This document shows, piece after piece, positions 39,232 to 50,010 of a stretch of 64,000 nucleotides of DNA (position 1 is the stretch's first letter; each line of letters opens with the position of its first letter). Below the pieces are notes generated by a model, which made no database searches, was not told the origin of the DNA, and saw nothing but the letters and a program-made list of their open reading frames with translations. The DNA is from Escherichia phage EC128, in sequence record ON210139.1; one strand, given 5' to 3'. Both the position numbers and the translations under genes were made by a program.

Positions 39232-39265
39232 TATTGCTTTATAAAATTTTGGTAAAATAAACCAA
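39232..39265 (+). promoter_or_regulatory. middle-type promoter (MotA-box-like TTGCTTTA, TAAAAT -10)
   Basis: tgcttta at 39235-39241, taaaat at 39253-39258, upstream of a-gt. Confidence 0.4.
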
Positions 39266-39282
39266 AACAAAGAGGATATTAA

Positions 39283-40485
39283 ATGAAAGTATGTATTTTT
39301 ATGGCTCGAGGTCTTGAAGGTTGTGGTGTAACTAAATTTTCTCTTGAGCAACGTGATTGGTTTATTAAAAATGGTCATGAAGTAACTTTGGTTTATGCTA
39401 AAGATAAATCATTTACTCGTACAAGTTCTCATGACCACAAATCATTTTCAATTCCAGTTATTTTAGCTAAAGAATACGATAAAGCACTTAAGCTGGTAAA
39501 TGATTGTGATATTCTAATTATTAATTCTGTTCCTGCTACTTCCGTTCAAGAAGCCACGATTAATAACTATAAAAAACTTTTAGATAATATTAAACCTTCT
39601 ATTCGTGTTGTAGTTTATCAGCATGATCATTCTGTTCTTTCTTTGCGTCGAAATTTGGGATTAGAAGAAACTGTTCGTCGAGCTGATGTTATTTTTAGCC
39701 ATTCTGATAATGGTGATTTTAATAAAGTTCTGATGAAAGAATGGTATCCAGAAACTGTTTCTCTGTTTGATGATATTGAAGAAGCACCAACAGTATATAA
39801 CTTTCAGCCTCCTATGGATATTGCGAAGGTTCGGTCAACTTATTGGAAAGATGTTTCTGAAATTAACATGAACATCAACCGTTGGATTGGTCGTACGACT
39901 ACATGGAAAGGTTTTTATCAGATGTTTGATTTTCATGAAAAATTCTTAAAACCTGCTGGTAAATCCACTGTAATGGAAGGTCTTGAACGTTCCCCTGCTT
40001 TTATTGCAATTAAGGAAAAAGGTATTCCGTATGAATATTATGGTAATCGTGAGATTGATAAAATGAATCTCACGCCGAATCAACCGGCACAAATCCTAGA
40101 TTGTTATATTAATAGTGAAATGCTTGAACGAATGAGTAAATCTGGCTTTGGATATCAGTTGAGTAAACTTAACCAGAAATACTTACAACGCTCACTCGAA
40201 TATACTCATCTTGAATTAGGTGCTTGCGGTACAATTCCTGTTTTCTGGAAATCAACGGGTGATAATTTAAAATTCCGTGTTGATAATACTCCTTTGACCT
40301 CACATGATAGCGGTATCATTTGGTTTGATGAAAATGACATGGAATCAACATTCGAGCGTATTAAAGAATTGTCATCTGACCGAGCTCTTTATGACCGTGA
40401 GCGAGAAAAAGCATATGAATTTTTGTATCAGCACCAAGATTCAAGCTTCTGTTTTAAAGAACAGTTTGACATTATTACAAAATAA
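39283..40485 (+). CDS. agt: DNA alpha-glucosyltransferase
   Basis: 400 aa, CIFMARGLEGCGVTKFSLEQRDWFIKNGHEV...; recognisable as T4-type a-gt. Confidence 0.9.
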   Translation: MKVCIFMARGLEGCGVTKFSLEQRDWFIKNGHEVTLVYAKDKSFTRTSSHDHKSFSIPVILAKEYDKALKLVNDCDILIINSVPATSVQEATINNYKKLLDNIKPSIRVVVYQHDHSVLSLRRNLGLEETVRRADVIFSHSDNGDFNKVLMKEWYPETVSLFDDIEEAPTVYNFQPPMDIAKVRSTYWKDVSEINMNINRWIGRTTTWKGFYQMFDFHEKFLKPAGKSTVMEGLERSPAFIAIKEKGIPYEYYGNREIDKMNLTPNQPAQILDCYINSEMLERMSKSGFGYQLSKLNQKYLQRSLEYTHLELGACGTIPVFWKSTGDNLKFRVDNTPLTSHDSGIIWFDENDMESTFERIKELSSDRALYDREREKAYEFLYQHQDSSFCFKEQFDIITK

Positions 40486-40507
40486 AGGGCTTCGGCCCTT
40501 TAGCTTT
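40485..40507 (+). terminator. terminator hairpin AAGGGCTTCGGCCCTT
   Basis: Identical 22-mer AATAAAGGGCTTCGGCCCTTTA also at 45191. Confidence 0.55.
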
Positions 40508-40524
40508 ATGCGGAGTTTGATATA

Positions 40525-40665
40525 ATGATATTTCTTGGATATGTGATACTTTTTCTCGCGCTTTATCTTTTCACTAGAGCATGTTGGATTGGGTTCTTTA
40601 GCACACCAGATGGGTTTATTTCAATAATTTTATTTTGCATTTCAATGACGGTTCTTGATATATGA
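40525..40665 (+). CDS. small hydrophobic peptide
   Basis: 46 aa, stop overlaps the gene 47 start. Confidence 0.35.
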   Translation: MIFLGYVILFLALYLFTRACWIGFFSTPDGFISIILFCISMTVLDI

Positions 40666-41681
40666 AAATTTTAAATTTAGGTGATTGGCATTTAGGCGTT
40701 AAAGCTGATGATGAGTGGATTCGCGGTATTCAAATTGATGGAATTAAACAAGCAATAGAATATTCTAAGAAAAATGGAATTACTACCTGGATTCAATACG
40801 GTGATATTTTTGATGTGCGAAAAGCAATCACGCATAAAACTATGGAGTTTGCCCGTGAAATAGTTCAAATGCTTGATGGTGCTGGAATCACATTACATAC
40901 TATTGTAGGAAATCACGATCTTCACTACAAAAATGTAATGCATCCAAATGCCTCTACTGAGCTTTTGGCTAAATATCCTAATGTTAAAGTATATGATAAG
41001 CCTACTACAGTAGATTTTGACGGATGTTTGATTGATTTAATTCCTTGGATGTGTGAAGAAAATACTGGTGAAATTCTTGAGCATATCAAAACTTCATCTG
41101 CTTCTTTTTGTGTTGGTCACTGGGAACTGAATGGATTTTATTTTTATAAAGGAATGAAATCTCACGGTCTTGAACCTGATTTCCTTAAGACTTATAAAGA
41201 AGTGTGGTCTGGTCACTTCCATACTATCTCTGAGGCTGCAAACGTCAGATATATTGGGACACCATGGACACTAACTGCAGGTGACGAGAATGACCCTCGT
41301 GGGTTCTGGATGTTTGATACAGAAACAGAACGAATGGAATTTATTCCAAACAATACTACCTGGCATCGTAGAATTCATTATCCATTTAAAGGAAAAATTG
41401 ACTATAAAGATTTTACAAATCTATCAGTACGTGTTATAGTAACTGAAGTAGACAAAAATCTGACGAAGTTCGAATCTGAACTAGAAAAAGTTGTGCATTC
41501 ATTACGAGTTGTGTCAAAGATTGATAACTCTGTCGAGTCAGATGACAGTGAAGAAGTTGAAGTTCAATCGCTTCAGACGTTGATGGAAGAATACATTAAT
41601 GCAATTCCAGACATCACTGATTCTGACCGTGAAGCACTTATTCAATATGCAAATCAGTTATATGTAGAGGCAACACAATGA
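40662..41681 (+). CDS. 47: recombination nuclease subunit gp47 (SbcD/Mre11-like)
   Basis: 339 aa; phosphoesterase motifs LNLGDWHLG, GDIFD, GNHD, GHWE. Confidence 0.9.
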   Translation: MKILNLGDWHLGVKADDEWIRGIQIDGIKQAIEYSKKNGITTWIQYGDIFDVRKAITHKTMEFAREIVQMLDGAGITLHTIVGNHDLHYKNVMHPNASTELLAKYPNVKVYDKPTTVDFDGCLIDLIPWMCEENTGEILEHIKTSSASFCVGHWELNGFYFYKGMKSHGLEPDFLKTYKEVWSGHFHTISEAANVRYIGTPWTLTAGDENDPRGFWMFDTETERMEFIPNNTTWHRRIHYPFKGKIDYKDFTNLSVRVIVTEVDKNLTKFESELEKVVHSLRVVSKIDNSVESDDSEEVEVQSLQTLMEEYINAIPDITDSDREALIQYANQLYVEATQ

Positions 41682-41941
41682 CTTTTGATGAATTTAAAAA
41701 TGTTATGATGGGTCAGCATTTTGAATGCGAAGTAAAAGATGATATTGGGCATAAAGAAATTATTGAATATTGGTTTGAACCGCTAGAGGTTGAAGATAAT
41801 TGTATTAAAAAGGTTACGGTCTGCACTGATTGGGCTGTATCTTTTAACTTCAACATTTTAGATAATGACACACCTAAATCATTACGAGATATGGCTGTAT
41901 CTTGTATTAAGGATGCATACTGTGAAGTTTTCGACATTTGA
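41678..41941 (+). CDS. hypothetical small protein
   Basis: 87 aa, ATGA coupling to 47. Confidence 0.5.
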   Translation: MTFDEFKNVMMGQHFECEVKDDIGHKEIIEYWFEPLEVEDNCIKKVTVCTDWAVSFNFNILDNDTPKSLRDMAVSCIKDAYCEVFDI

Positions 41942-42128
41942 CATTAATGATGAATTCATAGCAAATATTGATTACACCGAAGAAGATTCTAGATATGTTG
42001 GAATAATTTATATCACATCAAAAGCAGCACAAGGTGTTGTTTGCATGGCTGAATTTGATGAATACTTTTTAGATTATGATGATATGATAGAATGGTCTAA
42101 AAGATACATTAAAAGGAATCTTTTGTGA
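41913..42128 (+). CDS. hypothetical small protein
   Basis: About 71 aa; start uncertain (ORF open from 41865). Confidence 0.35.
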   Translation: MHTVKFSTFDINDEFIANIDYTEEDSRYVGIIYITSKAAQGVVCMAEFDEYFLDYDDMIEWSKRYIKRNLL

Positions 42129-43807
42129 AGAATTTTAAACTAAACCGAGTTAGGTATCAAAATATAATGTCAGTAGGTGGAAATCCTATTGACATTCAAC
42201 TAGATAAGGTTCAAAAAACTCTTATTACTGGACGAAATGGCGGTGGTAAGTCTACTATGTTAGAAGCCATCACATTTGGGCTTTTTGGCAAGCCATTTCG
42301 TGATGTAAAGAAAGGTCAATTAATAAACAGCACAAATAAGAAAGAACTTTTAGTTGAACTGTGGATGGAATATGATGAGAAAAAGTACTATATCAAAAGA
42401 GGACAAAAACCAAACGTTTTCGAAATCACCGTTAACGGTACACGTCTTAATGAATCTGCCAGCAGTAAAGATTTCCAAGCAGAATTTGAACAGCTTATCG
42501 GAATGTCATATGCCAGTTTCAAGCAGATTGTTGTCCTTGGTACAGCAGGGTATACCCCTTTCATGGGTTTGTCGACCCCTGCGCGAAGAAAGCTTGTGGA
42601 AGACCTGCTTGAGGTAGGAACATTAGCTGAAATGGATAAGCTTAATAAAGCACTAATACGTGAATTAAATTCACAAAACCAAGTGCTTGATGTTAAAAAA
42701 GATAGTATTATCCAACAAATTAAAATATATAATGATAATGTTGAACGCCAGAAAAAATTAACTGGTGAAAACCTTATTCGTCTGCAAAATATGTATGATG
42801 ATTTGGCAAAAGAAGCTAGAACGCTAAAATCGGAAATAGAAGAAGCTAATGAAAGATTAGTTAATATTGTTTTAGATGAAGACCCGACTGATGCATTTAA
42901 TAAAATCGGTCAAGAAGCAGTTTTAATTAAATCAAAAATTGACTCGTATAATAAAGTCATTAATATGTATCACGAAGGTGGATTATGTCCAACCTGTTTG
43001 TCACAATTAAGTTCCGGTGATAAAGTTGTTTCTAAAATTAAAGATAAAATTTCTGAATGCACGCATTCGTTTGAACAGCTTTCAACACATCGTGATAATT
43101 TAAAAGTTCTTGTTGATGAATACCGAGATAATATTAAAACTCAGCAGTCGTTGGCAAATGATATTCGCAATAAAAAGCAATCTCTGATCGCAGCAGTAGA
43201 TAAAGCTAAAAAAGTTAAAGCGGCTATAGAAAAAGCATCTTCTGAGTTTATTGACCATGCTGATGAAATAGCACTGCTTCAAGAAGAACTTGATAAAATT
43301 GTTAAGACAAAAACTAATTTAGTAATGGAAAAATACCACCGAGGAATTTTGACTGATATGCTCAAAGATTCTGGTATTAAAGGTGCTATTATTAAAAAGT
43401 ACATTCCATTATTTAATAAGCAGATTAACCATTATCTTAAAATAATGGAAGCGGATTATGTGTTTACATTAGATGAAGAATTTAATGAGACAATTAAATC
43501 CCGTGGTCGCGAAGATTTTAGTTATGCTTCATTTAGTGAAGGTGAAAAAGCGCGAATTGATATTGCTCTTTTATTTACTTGGCGTGATATTGCTTCTATT
43601 GTATCTGGTGTTAGTATTAGTACATTAATACTCGATGAAGTGTTTGATGGGTCATTTGATGCCGAAGGTATTAAAGGTGTAGCTAATATTATAAATTCAA
43701 TGAAAAACACTAATGTTTTTATAATTTCGCATAAAGACCATGACCCGCAAGAATACGGTCAGCATCTTCAAATGAAGAAAGTTGGTCGATTTACTGTAAT
43801 GGTTTAA
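42125..43807 (+). CDS. 46: recombination nuclease subunit gp46 (SbcC/Rad50-like ATPase)
   Basis: 560 aa, GTG start after AAGGA; Walker A GRNGGGKST, CPTC zinc hook, Walker B LILDEVFDG. Confidence 0.9.
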   Translation: MKNFKLNRVRYQNIMSVGGNPIDIQLDKVQKTLITGRNGGGKSTMLEAITFGLFGKPFRDVKKGQLINSTNKKELLVELWMEYDEKKYYIKRGQKPNVFEITVNGTRLNESASSKDFQAEFEQLIGMSYASFKQIVVLGTAGYTPFMGLSTPARRKLVEDLLEVGTLAEMDKLNKALIRELNSQNQVLDVKKDSIIQQIKIYNDNVERQKKLTGENLIRLQNMYDDLAKEARTLKSEIEEANERLVNIVLDEDPTDAFNKIGQEAVLIKSKIDSYNKVINMYHEGGLCPTCLSQLSSGDKVVSKIKDKISECTHSFEQLSTHRDNLKVLVDEYRDNIKTQQSLANDIRNKKQSLIAAVDKAKKVKAAIEKASSEFIDHADEIALLQEELDKIVKTKTNLVMEKYHRGILTDMLKDSGIKGAIIKKYIPLFNKQINHYLKIMEADYVFTLDEEFNETIKSRGREDFSYASFSEGEKARIDIALLFTWRDIASIVSGVSISTLILDEVFDGSFDAEGIKGVANIINSMKNTNVFIISHKDHDPQEYGQHLQMKKVGRFTVMV

Positions 43808-43862
43808 TTTATAAGAGATTATGCTTTAATTTATTAGAGTATAATCTCTATGGAGGAAAAAC

Positions 43863-44051
43863 ATGGAATATTCAACTGGACAGCATCTATTAACTTTTCC
43901 TGAAATAAAACGATATATTCTGAGAAATAATTTTTCTAATGAAGAGCATATAGTTACTGAATCTATGCTTAGGAATGCATTTAAAGCAGAATATACAAAA
44001 ATAATGTCCAATAGAAATGAAGCTTGGACTGTTACTGATTATTATGACTAA
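43863..44051 (+). CDS. hypothetical small protein
   Basis: 62 aa, GGAGGAAAAA RBS. Confidence 0.5.
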   Translation: MEYSTGQHLLTFPEIKRYILRNNFSNEEHIVTESMLRNAFKAEYTKIMSNRNEAWTVTDYYD

Positions 44052-44060
44052 AGGTGTATT

Positions 44061-44450
44061 ATGACTAAAATTACTGTGAATTATACTGTTGATGTAAAAG
44101 ATATTCAGCCAAAACACGTGCGTTCTGAATCAAATCCACAAAACCAAAATAAAATTCGTCGAGCATGGGTTTTGTCTCTTTCTGATAACGCAATGGAAGT
44201 TATTCAGAACAAAATTAAATCTGCACCTGCTCGTCATGCGTATTATGAAGCTATCGATCGTGAAGTAAGTAATAAATGGATTGAACTAATGCGCAAACAT
44301 ACTACAGAATCCCTAAACGCCGGTGCTAAATTTATTATGACTTCATGTGGTGAACGCCTTGAAGATGATTATTGCGGTAATGCAGATGAACGTCTAATTG
44401 TTGCTGCTCAAATTGTCGCTGAAACAATTGCGGCTGATTTTAATCGTTAA
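44061..44450 (+). CDS. rpbA: RNA polymerase-binding protein RpbA-like
   Basis: 129 aa, immediately upstream of gene 45. Confidence 0.55.
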
Positions 44451-44457
44451 TTGCTTT

Positions 44458-44492
44458 ATTAAATTAGTTATAAAATTAAATCTCATTTGAAT
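44458..44492 (+). promoter_or_regulatory. middle-type promoter upstream of gene 45
   Basis: ttgcttta at 44460-44467, tataaaat at 44478-44485. Confidence 0.45.
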
Positions 44493-44505
44493 TGAAGGAA
44501 ATTAC

Positions 44506-45192
44506 ATGAAACTGTCTAAAGATACTACTGCTCTGCTTAAAAATTTCGCTACTATTAACTCCGGTATTATGCTTAAATCCGGTCAATTTATTATGACTCG
44601 CGCAGTTAATGGTACAACTTATGCAGAAGCAAATATTTCTGACGTTATTGATTTTGATGTAGCGATTTACGATTTGAACGGTTTTCTCGGTATTCTGTCT
44701 CTAGTTAATGATGATGCAGAAATTTCCCAGTCAGAAGATGGAAATATTAAAATTGCTGATGCTCGTTCAACAATTTTTTGGCCAGCAGCCGATCCGAGTA
44801 CAGTAGTTGCTCCTAATAAACCAATTCCATTCCCGGTAGCATCTGTTGTTACTGAAATTAAAGCTGAAGACCTTCAACAACTGTTGCGTGTATCTCGCGG
44901 TCTGCAGATTGATACAATTGCTATCACAGTAAAAGAAGGTAAAATCGTAATTAACGGTTTTAATAAAGTAGAAGATTCTGCTTTGACCCGTGTTAAATAT
45001 TCTTTGACTCTTGGTGATTATGATGGTGAAAATACATTTAATTTCATTATCAATATGGCAAATATGAAAATGCAACCAGGAAATTATAAACTTCTGCTCT
45101 GGGCAAAAGGTAAACAAGGTGCTGCTAAATTTGAAGGTGAACACGCGAATTATGTAGTAGCTCTTGAAGCTGATTCTACCCACGACTTTTAA
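44506..45192 (+). CDS. 45: sliding clamp gp45
   Basis: 228 aa acidic protein; first gene of the 45-44-62-regA-43 run. Confidence 0.85.
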   Translation: MKLSKDTTALLKNFATINSGIMLKSGQFIMTRAVNGTTYAEANISDVIDFDVAIYDLNGFLGILSLVNDDAEISQSEDGNIKIADARSTIFWPAADPSTVVAPNKPIPFPVASVVTEIKAEDLQQLLRVSRGLQIDTIAITVKEGKIVINGFNKVEDSALTRVKYSLTLGDYDGENTFNFIINMANMKMQPGNYKLLLWAKGKQGAAKFEGEHANYVVALEADSTHDF

Positions 45193-45194
45193 TA

Positions 45195-45212
45195 AAGGGC
45201 TTCGGCCCTTTA
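45195..45212 (+). terminator. terminator hairpin AAGGGCTTCGGCCCTT
   Basis: Duplicate of the 40485 hairpin. Confidence 0.5.
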
Positions 45213-45243
45213 TAATTTACACTAAAACTTGAATGAGGAAATT

Positions 45244-46203
45244 ATGATTACTGTAAATGAAAAAGAACACATTCTTGAACAGAAATATCGTCCATCTACT
45301 ATCGATGAATGTATTCTTCCCGCCTTTGATAAAGAAACCTTTAAATCTATTACAAGTAAAGGTAAGATTCCACATATTATTCTTCATTCTCCTTCTCCAG
45401 GAACAGGTAAAACAACCGTAGCAAAAGCATTGTGTCATGATGTAAATGCTGATATGATGTTTGTGAATGGGTCAGATTGTAAAATTGATTTCGTTCGTGG
45501 TCCTTTGACTAATTTTGCCAGCGCCGCTTCATTTGATGGTCGTCAAAAAGTAATCGTTATTGATGAATTTGACCGCTCAGGGTTAGCAGAGTCTCAGCGA
45601 CATCTTCGTTCCTTTATGGAAGCTTATAGTTCAAACTGTAGTATTATTATTACTGCTAACAATATTGATGGTATTATTAAACCACTTCAGTCACGCTGTC
45701 GAGTTATTACATTCGGTCAACCGACCGATGAAGATAAAATTGAAATGATGAAGCAGATGATTCGTCGATTGACTGAAATCTGTAAGCATGAAGGAATTGC
45801 TATAGCTGATATGAAAGTTGTAGCAGCTTTGGTTAAAAAGAATTTTCCTGATTTTCGTAAAACTATTGGCGAGCTCGATAGTTATTCATCTAAAGGTGTT
45901 TTGGATGCTGGTATTTTATCACTGGTTACTAACGATCGTGGTGCTATTGATGATGTTCTTGAGTCTCTCAAAAATAAAGATGTTAAACAACTCAGAGCTT
46001 TAGCACCAAAATATGCAGCTGATTATTCGTGGTTCGTGGGTAAACTTGCTGAAGAAATCTATTCACGTGTAACACCACAGAGTATTATTCGTATGTACGA
46101 AATTGTCGGCGAAAATAATCAGTATCATGGTATTGCAGCTAATACGGAATTGCATCTAGCTTATCTTTTCATTCAGTTAGCATGTGAAATGCAGTGGAAG
46201 TGA
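45244..46203 (+). CDS. 44: clamp-loader large subunit gp44 (AAA+)
   Basis: 319 aa from ATG 45244; Walker [11 protein letters not shown], Walker B VIVIDEFD. Confidence 0.9.
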
Positions 46204-46204
46204 T

Positions 46205-46768
46205 ATGAGCTTATTTGAAGATGATATTCAATTAAACGAGCATCAAGTTGCTTGGTATTCAAAAGATTGGACCGCTGTCCAATCCGCTGCTGATTCTTTT
46301 AAAGAAAAAGCTGAAAATGAATTTTTTGAAATAATTGGAGCTATTAATAATAAAACTAAATGCTCTATTGCTCAAAAAGATTATTCAAAATACATGGTTG
46401 AGAATGCATTATCACAATTTCCTGAATGCATGCCAGCTGTATATGCAATGAATTTAATCGGTTCTGGATTAAGTGATGAAGCTCATTTTAATTATCTGAT
46501 GGCTGCAGTTCCTCGTGGTAAAAGATATGGTAAATGGGCAAAACTGGTTGAAGATTCCACCGAAGTATTGATTATTAAGTTACTTGCTAAACGGTATCAA
46601 GTTAATACAAATGATGCAATTAACTATAAATCAATTCTTACTAAAAATGGAAAACTTCCTTTAGTATTAAAAGAACTAAAAGGTTTAGTCACGGATGATT
46701 TTTTGAAAGAAGTGACTAAGAACGTAAAAGAACAGAAACAACTCAAAAAACTAGCATTGGAATGGTAA
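46205..46768 (+). CDS. 62: clamp-loader small subunit gp62
   Basis: 187 aa from ATG 46205, coupled to 44. Confidence 0.75.
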   Translation: MSLFEDDIQLNEHQVAWYSKDWTAVQSAADSFKEKAENEFFEIIGAINNKTKCSIAQKDYSKYMVENALSQFPECMPAVYAMNLIGSGLSDEAHFNYLMAAVPRGKRYGKWAKLVEDSTEVLIIKLLAKRYQVNTNDAINYKSILTKNGKLPLVLKELKGLVTDDFLKEVTKNVKEQKQLKKLALEW

Positions 46769-46769
46769 A

Positions 46770-47138
46770 ATGATTGAAATTACTCTTAAAAAACCTGAAG
46801 ATTTTCTGAAAGTAAAAGAAACTTTGACTCGTATGGGAATTGCTAATAATAAAGATAAAGTTCTGTATCAGTCCTGTCATATTCTTCAGAAAAAAGGACT
46901 ATATTATATCGTTCATTTTAAAGAAATGCTTCGTATGGATGGTCGCCAAGTTGAAATGACAGAAGAAGATGAAGTTCGTCGTGATTCGATTGCATGGCTG
47001 TTAGAAGATTGGGGACTGATTGAAATCGTTCCTGGTCAAAGAACTTTTATGAAAGATTTAACTAATAACTTCCGAGTTATTTCTTTTAAACAAAAACATG
47101 AATGGAAACTCGTTCCTAAATATACGATTGGTAATTAA
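46770..47138 (+). CDS. regA: translational repressor RegA
   Basis: 122 aa, MIEITLKKPEDFLKVKETLTRMGIANN... Confidence 0.8.
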   Translation: MIEITLKKPEDFLKVKETLTRMGIANNKDKVLYQSCHILQKKGLYYIVHFKEMLRMDGRQVEMTEEDEVRRDSIAWLLEDWGLIEIVPGQRTFMKDLTNNFRVISFKQKHEWKLVPKYTIGN

Positions 47139-47141
47139 GCA

Positions 47142-47160
47142 AGGGGCTTCGGCCCCTTAT
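47142..47160 (+). terminator. UUCG-tetraloop hairpin AGGGGCTTCGGCCCCT
   Basis: Identical to the 16-mer at 7996. Confidence 0.5.
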
Positions 47161-47180
47161 TTGGAGTATAATATATCAAG

Positions 47181-47216
47181 AGCCTAATAACTCGGGCTAT
47201 AAACTAAGGAATATCT
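47181..47216 (+). promoter_or_regulatory. gene 43 translational operator (hairpin with AAUAACUC loop, then SD)
   Basis: AGCC-TAATAACTC-GGGCT at 47181-47198, AAGGA SD, ATG 47217; matches the gp43 autoregulatory operator. Confidence 0.65.
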
Positions 47217-49913
47217 ATGAAAGAATTTTATATCTCTATTGAAACAGTCGGAAATAACATCGTTGAACGTTATATTGATGAAAACGGAAAGGAACGTACT
47301 CGTGAAGTAGAATATCTTCCGACTATGTTTAGGCATTGTAAGGAAGAGTCAAAGTACAAAGACATCTATGGTAAAAATTGCGCTCCTCAAAAATTTCCAT
47401 CAATGAAAGATGCTCGAGATTGGATGAAGCGAATGGAAGACATCGGTCTCGAAGCTCTCGGTATGAACGATTTTAAACTCGCTTATATCAGTGATACATA
47501 TGGTTCAGAAATTGTTTATGACCGAAAATTTGTTCGTGTAGCTAACTGTGACATTGAGGTTACTGGTGATAAATTTCCTGACCCAATGAAAGCTGAATAT
47601 GAAATTGATGCTATCACTCATTATGATTCAATTGACGATCGTTTTTACGTCTTTGATTTGTTGAATTCAATGTACGGTTCAGTATCAAAATGGGATGCAA
47701 AGTTAGCTGCTAAGCTTGACTGTGAAGGTGGTGATGAAGTTCCTCAAGAAATTCTTGACCGAGTAATTTATATGCCATTTGATAATGAGCGTGATATGCT
47801 CATGGAATATATCAATCTTTGGGAACAGAAACGACCTGCTATTTTTACTGGTTGGAATATTGAGGGATTTGACGTTCCGTATATCATGAATCGCGTTAAA
47901 ATGGTTCTCGGTGAACGCAGTATGAAACGTTTCTCTCCAATCGGTCGAGTAAAATCTAAACTAATTCAAAATGTGTACGGTAGCAAAGAAATTTATTCTA
48001 TTGATGGCGTATCTATTCTTGATTATTTAGATTTGTATAAGAAATTCGCATTTACTAATTTGCCGTCATTCTCTTTGGAATCAGTTGCTCAACATGAAAC
48101 CAAAAAAGGTAAATTACCATACGACGGTCCTATTAATAAACTTCGTGAGACTAATCATCAACGATACATTAGTTATAACATCATTGACGTAGAATCAGTT
48201 CAAGCAATTGATAAAATTCGCGGGTTTATCGATCTAGTTTTAAGTATGTCTTATTACGCTAAAATGCCTTTTTCTGGTGTAATGAGTCCTATTAAAACTT
48301 GGGATGCTATTATTTTTAACTCATTGAAAGGTGAACACAAGGTTATTCCTCAACAAGGTTCGCACGTTAAACAAAGTTTTCCGGGTGCATTTGTGTTTGA
48401 ACCTAAGCCAATTGCTCGTCGATATATTATGAGTTTTGACTTGACGTCTCTGTATCCGAGTATTATTCGTCAGGTTAACATTAGTCCTGAGACTATTCGT
48501 GGGCAGTTTAAAGTTCATCCAATTCATGAATATATCGCAGGAACAGCTCCTAAACCGAGTGATGAATATTCTTGTTCTCCGAATGGATGGATGTATGATA
48601 AGCATCAAGAAGGTATCATTCCAAAGGAAATCGCTAAAGTATTTTTCCAGCGTAAAGATTGGAAAAAGAAAATGTTCGCTGAAGAAATGAATGCCGAAGC
48701 TATTAAAAAGATTATTATGAAAGGCGCAGGGTCTTGTTCAACTAAACCAGAAGTTGAACGATATGTTAAGTTCAGTGATGATTTCTTAAATGAACTATCG
48801 AATTATACTGAATCTGTTCTCAATAGTCTGATTGAGGAATGTGAAAAAGCAGCTACACTTGCTAATACAAATCAGCTGAACCGTAAAATTCTCATTAACA
48901 GTCTTTATGGTGCTCTTGGTAATATTCATTTCCGTTACTATGATTTGCGAAATGCTACTGCTATCACAATTTTCGGCCAAGTTGGTATTCAGTGGATTGC
49001 TCGTAAAATTAATGAATATCTGAATAAAGTATGCGGAACTAATGATGAAGATTTCATCGCAGCAGGTGATACTGATTCGGTATATGTTTGCGTAGATAAA
49101 GTTATTGAAAAAGTTGGTCTTGACCGATTCAAAGAGCAGAACGATTTAGTTGAATTCATGAATCAGTTCGGTAAGAAAAAGATGGAACCTATGATTGATG
49201 TTGCATATCGTGAGTTATGTGATTATATGAATAACCGCGAGCATCTGATGCATATGGACCGTGAAGCTATTTCTTGCCCTCCACTTGGTTCAAAGGGCGT
49301 TGGTGGATTTTGGAAAGCGAAAAAGCGTTATGCTCTGAACGTTTATGATATGGAAGATAAACGATTTGCTGAACCGCATCTAAAAATCATGGGTATGGAA
49401 ACTCAACAGAGTTCAACACCAAAAGCAGTGCAAGAAGCTCTCGAAGAAAGTATTCGTCGTATTCTTCAGGAAGGTGAAGAGTCTGTCAAAGAATACTACA
49501 AGAACTTCGAGAAAGAATATCGTCAACTTGACTATAAAGTTATTGCTGAAGTAAAAACTGCGAACGATATAGCAAAATATGATGATAAAGGTTGGCCAGG
49601 ATTTAAATGTCCGTTCCATATTCGCGGTGTGCTAACTTATCGTCGAGCTGTTAGTGGTCTGGGTGTAGCTCCAATTTTGGATGGAAATAAAGTAATGGTT
49701 CTTCCATTGCGTGAAGGAAATCCATTTGGTGACAAGTGCATTGCTTGGCCGTCGGGCACAGAACTTCCAAAAGAAATTCGTTCTGATGTACTGTCTTGGA
49801 TTGACTACTCAACTTTGTTCCAAAAATCGTTTGTTAAACCGCTTGCGGGTATGTGTGAATCGGCTGGTATGGACTATGAAGAAAAAGCTTCGTTAGACTT
49901 CCTGTTTGGCTGA
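47217..49913 (+). CDS. 43: DNA polymerase (family B) gp43
   Basis: 898 aa; exo motif VANCDIEVTG, pol motifs FDLTSLYPSII and AAGDTDSVYV. Confidence 0.95.
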   Translation: MKEFYISIETVGNNIVERYIDENGKERTREVEYLPTMFRHCKEESKYKDIYGKNCAPQKFPSMKDARDWMKRMEDIGLEALGMNDFKLAYISDTYGSEIVYDRKFVRVANCDIEVTGDKFPDPMKAEYEIDAITHYDSIDDRFYVFDLLNSMYGSVSKWDAKLAAKLDCEGGDEVPQEILDRVIYMPFDNERDMLMEYINLWEQKRPAIFTGWNIEGFDVPYIMNRVKMVLGERSMKRFSPIGRVKSKLIQNVYGSKEIYSIDGVSILDYLDLYKKFAFTNLPSFSLESVAQHETKKGKLPYDGPINKLRETNHQRYISYNIIDVESVQAIDKIRGFIDLVLSMSYYAKMPFSGVMSPIKTWDAIIFNSLKGEHKVIPQQGSHVKQSFPGAFVFEPKPIARRYIMSFDLTSLYPSIIRQVNISPETIRGQFKVHPIHEYIAGTAPKPSDEYSCSPNGWMYDKHQEGIIPKEIAKVFFQRKDWKKKMFAEEMNAEAIKKIIMKGAGSCSTKPEVERYVKFSDDFLNELSNYTESVLNSLIEECEKAATLANTNQLNRKILINSLYGALGNIHFRYYDLRNATAITIFGQVGIQWIARKINEYLNKVCGTNDEDFIAAGDTDSVYVCVDKVIEKVGLDRFKEQNDLVEFMNQFGKKKMEPMIDVAYRELCDYMNNREHLMHMDREAISCPPLGSKGVGGFWKAKKRYALNVYDMEDKRFAEPHLKIMGMETQQSSTPKAVQEALEESIRRILQEGEESVKEYYKNFEKEYRQLDYKVIAEVKTANDIAKYDDKGWPGFKCPFHIRGVLTYRRAVSGLGVAPILDGNKVMVLPLREGNPFGDKCIAWPSGTELPKEIRSDVLSWIDYSTLFQKSFVKPLAGMCESAGMDYEEKASLDFLFG

Positions 49914-49924
49914 TAGAATAAATC

Positions 49925-49946
49925 TAGGGACCTCCAGGTCCCTTTT
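49925..49946 (+). terminator. rho-independent terminator
   Basis: GGGACC-TCCA-GGTCCC then TTTTT. Confidence 0.75.
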
Positions 49947-50010
49947 TCATACAAGTAATATAAATCTATACTTAGGAAAAATAGATGATTCTAGGTCCTG
50001 TAAATTCATT

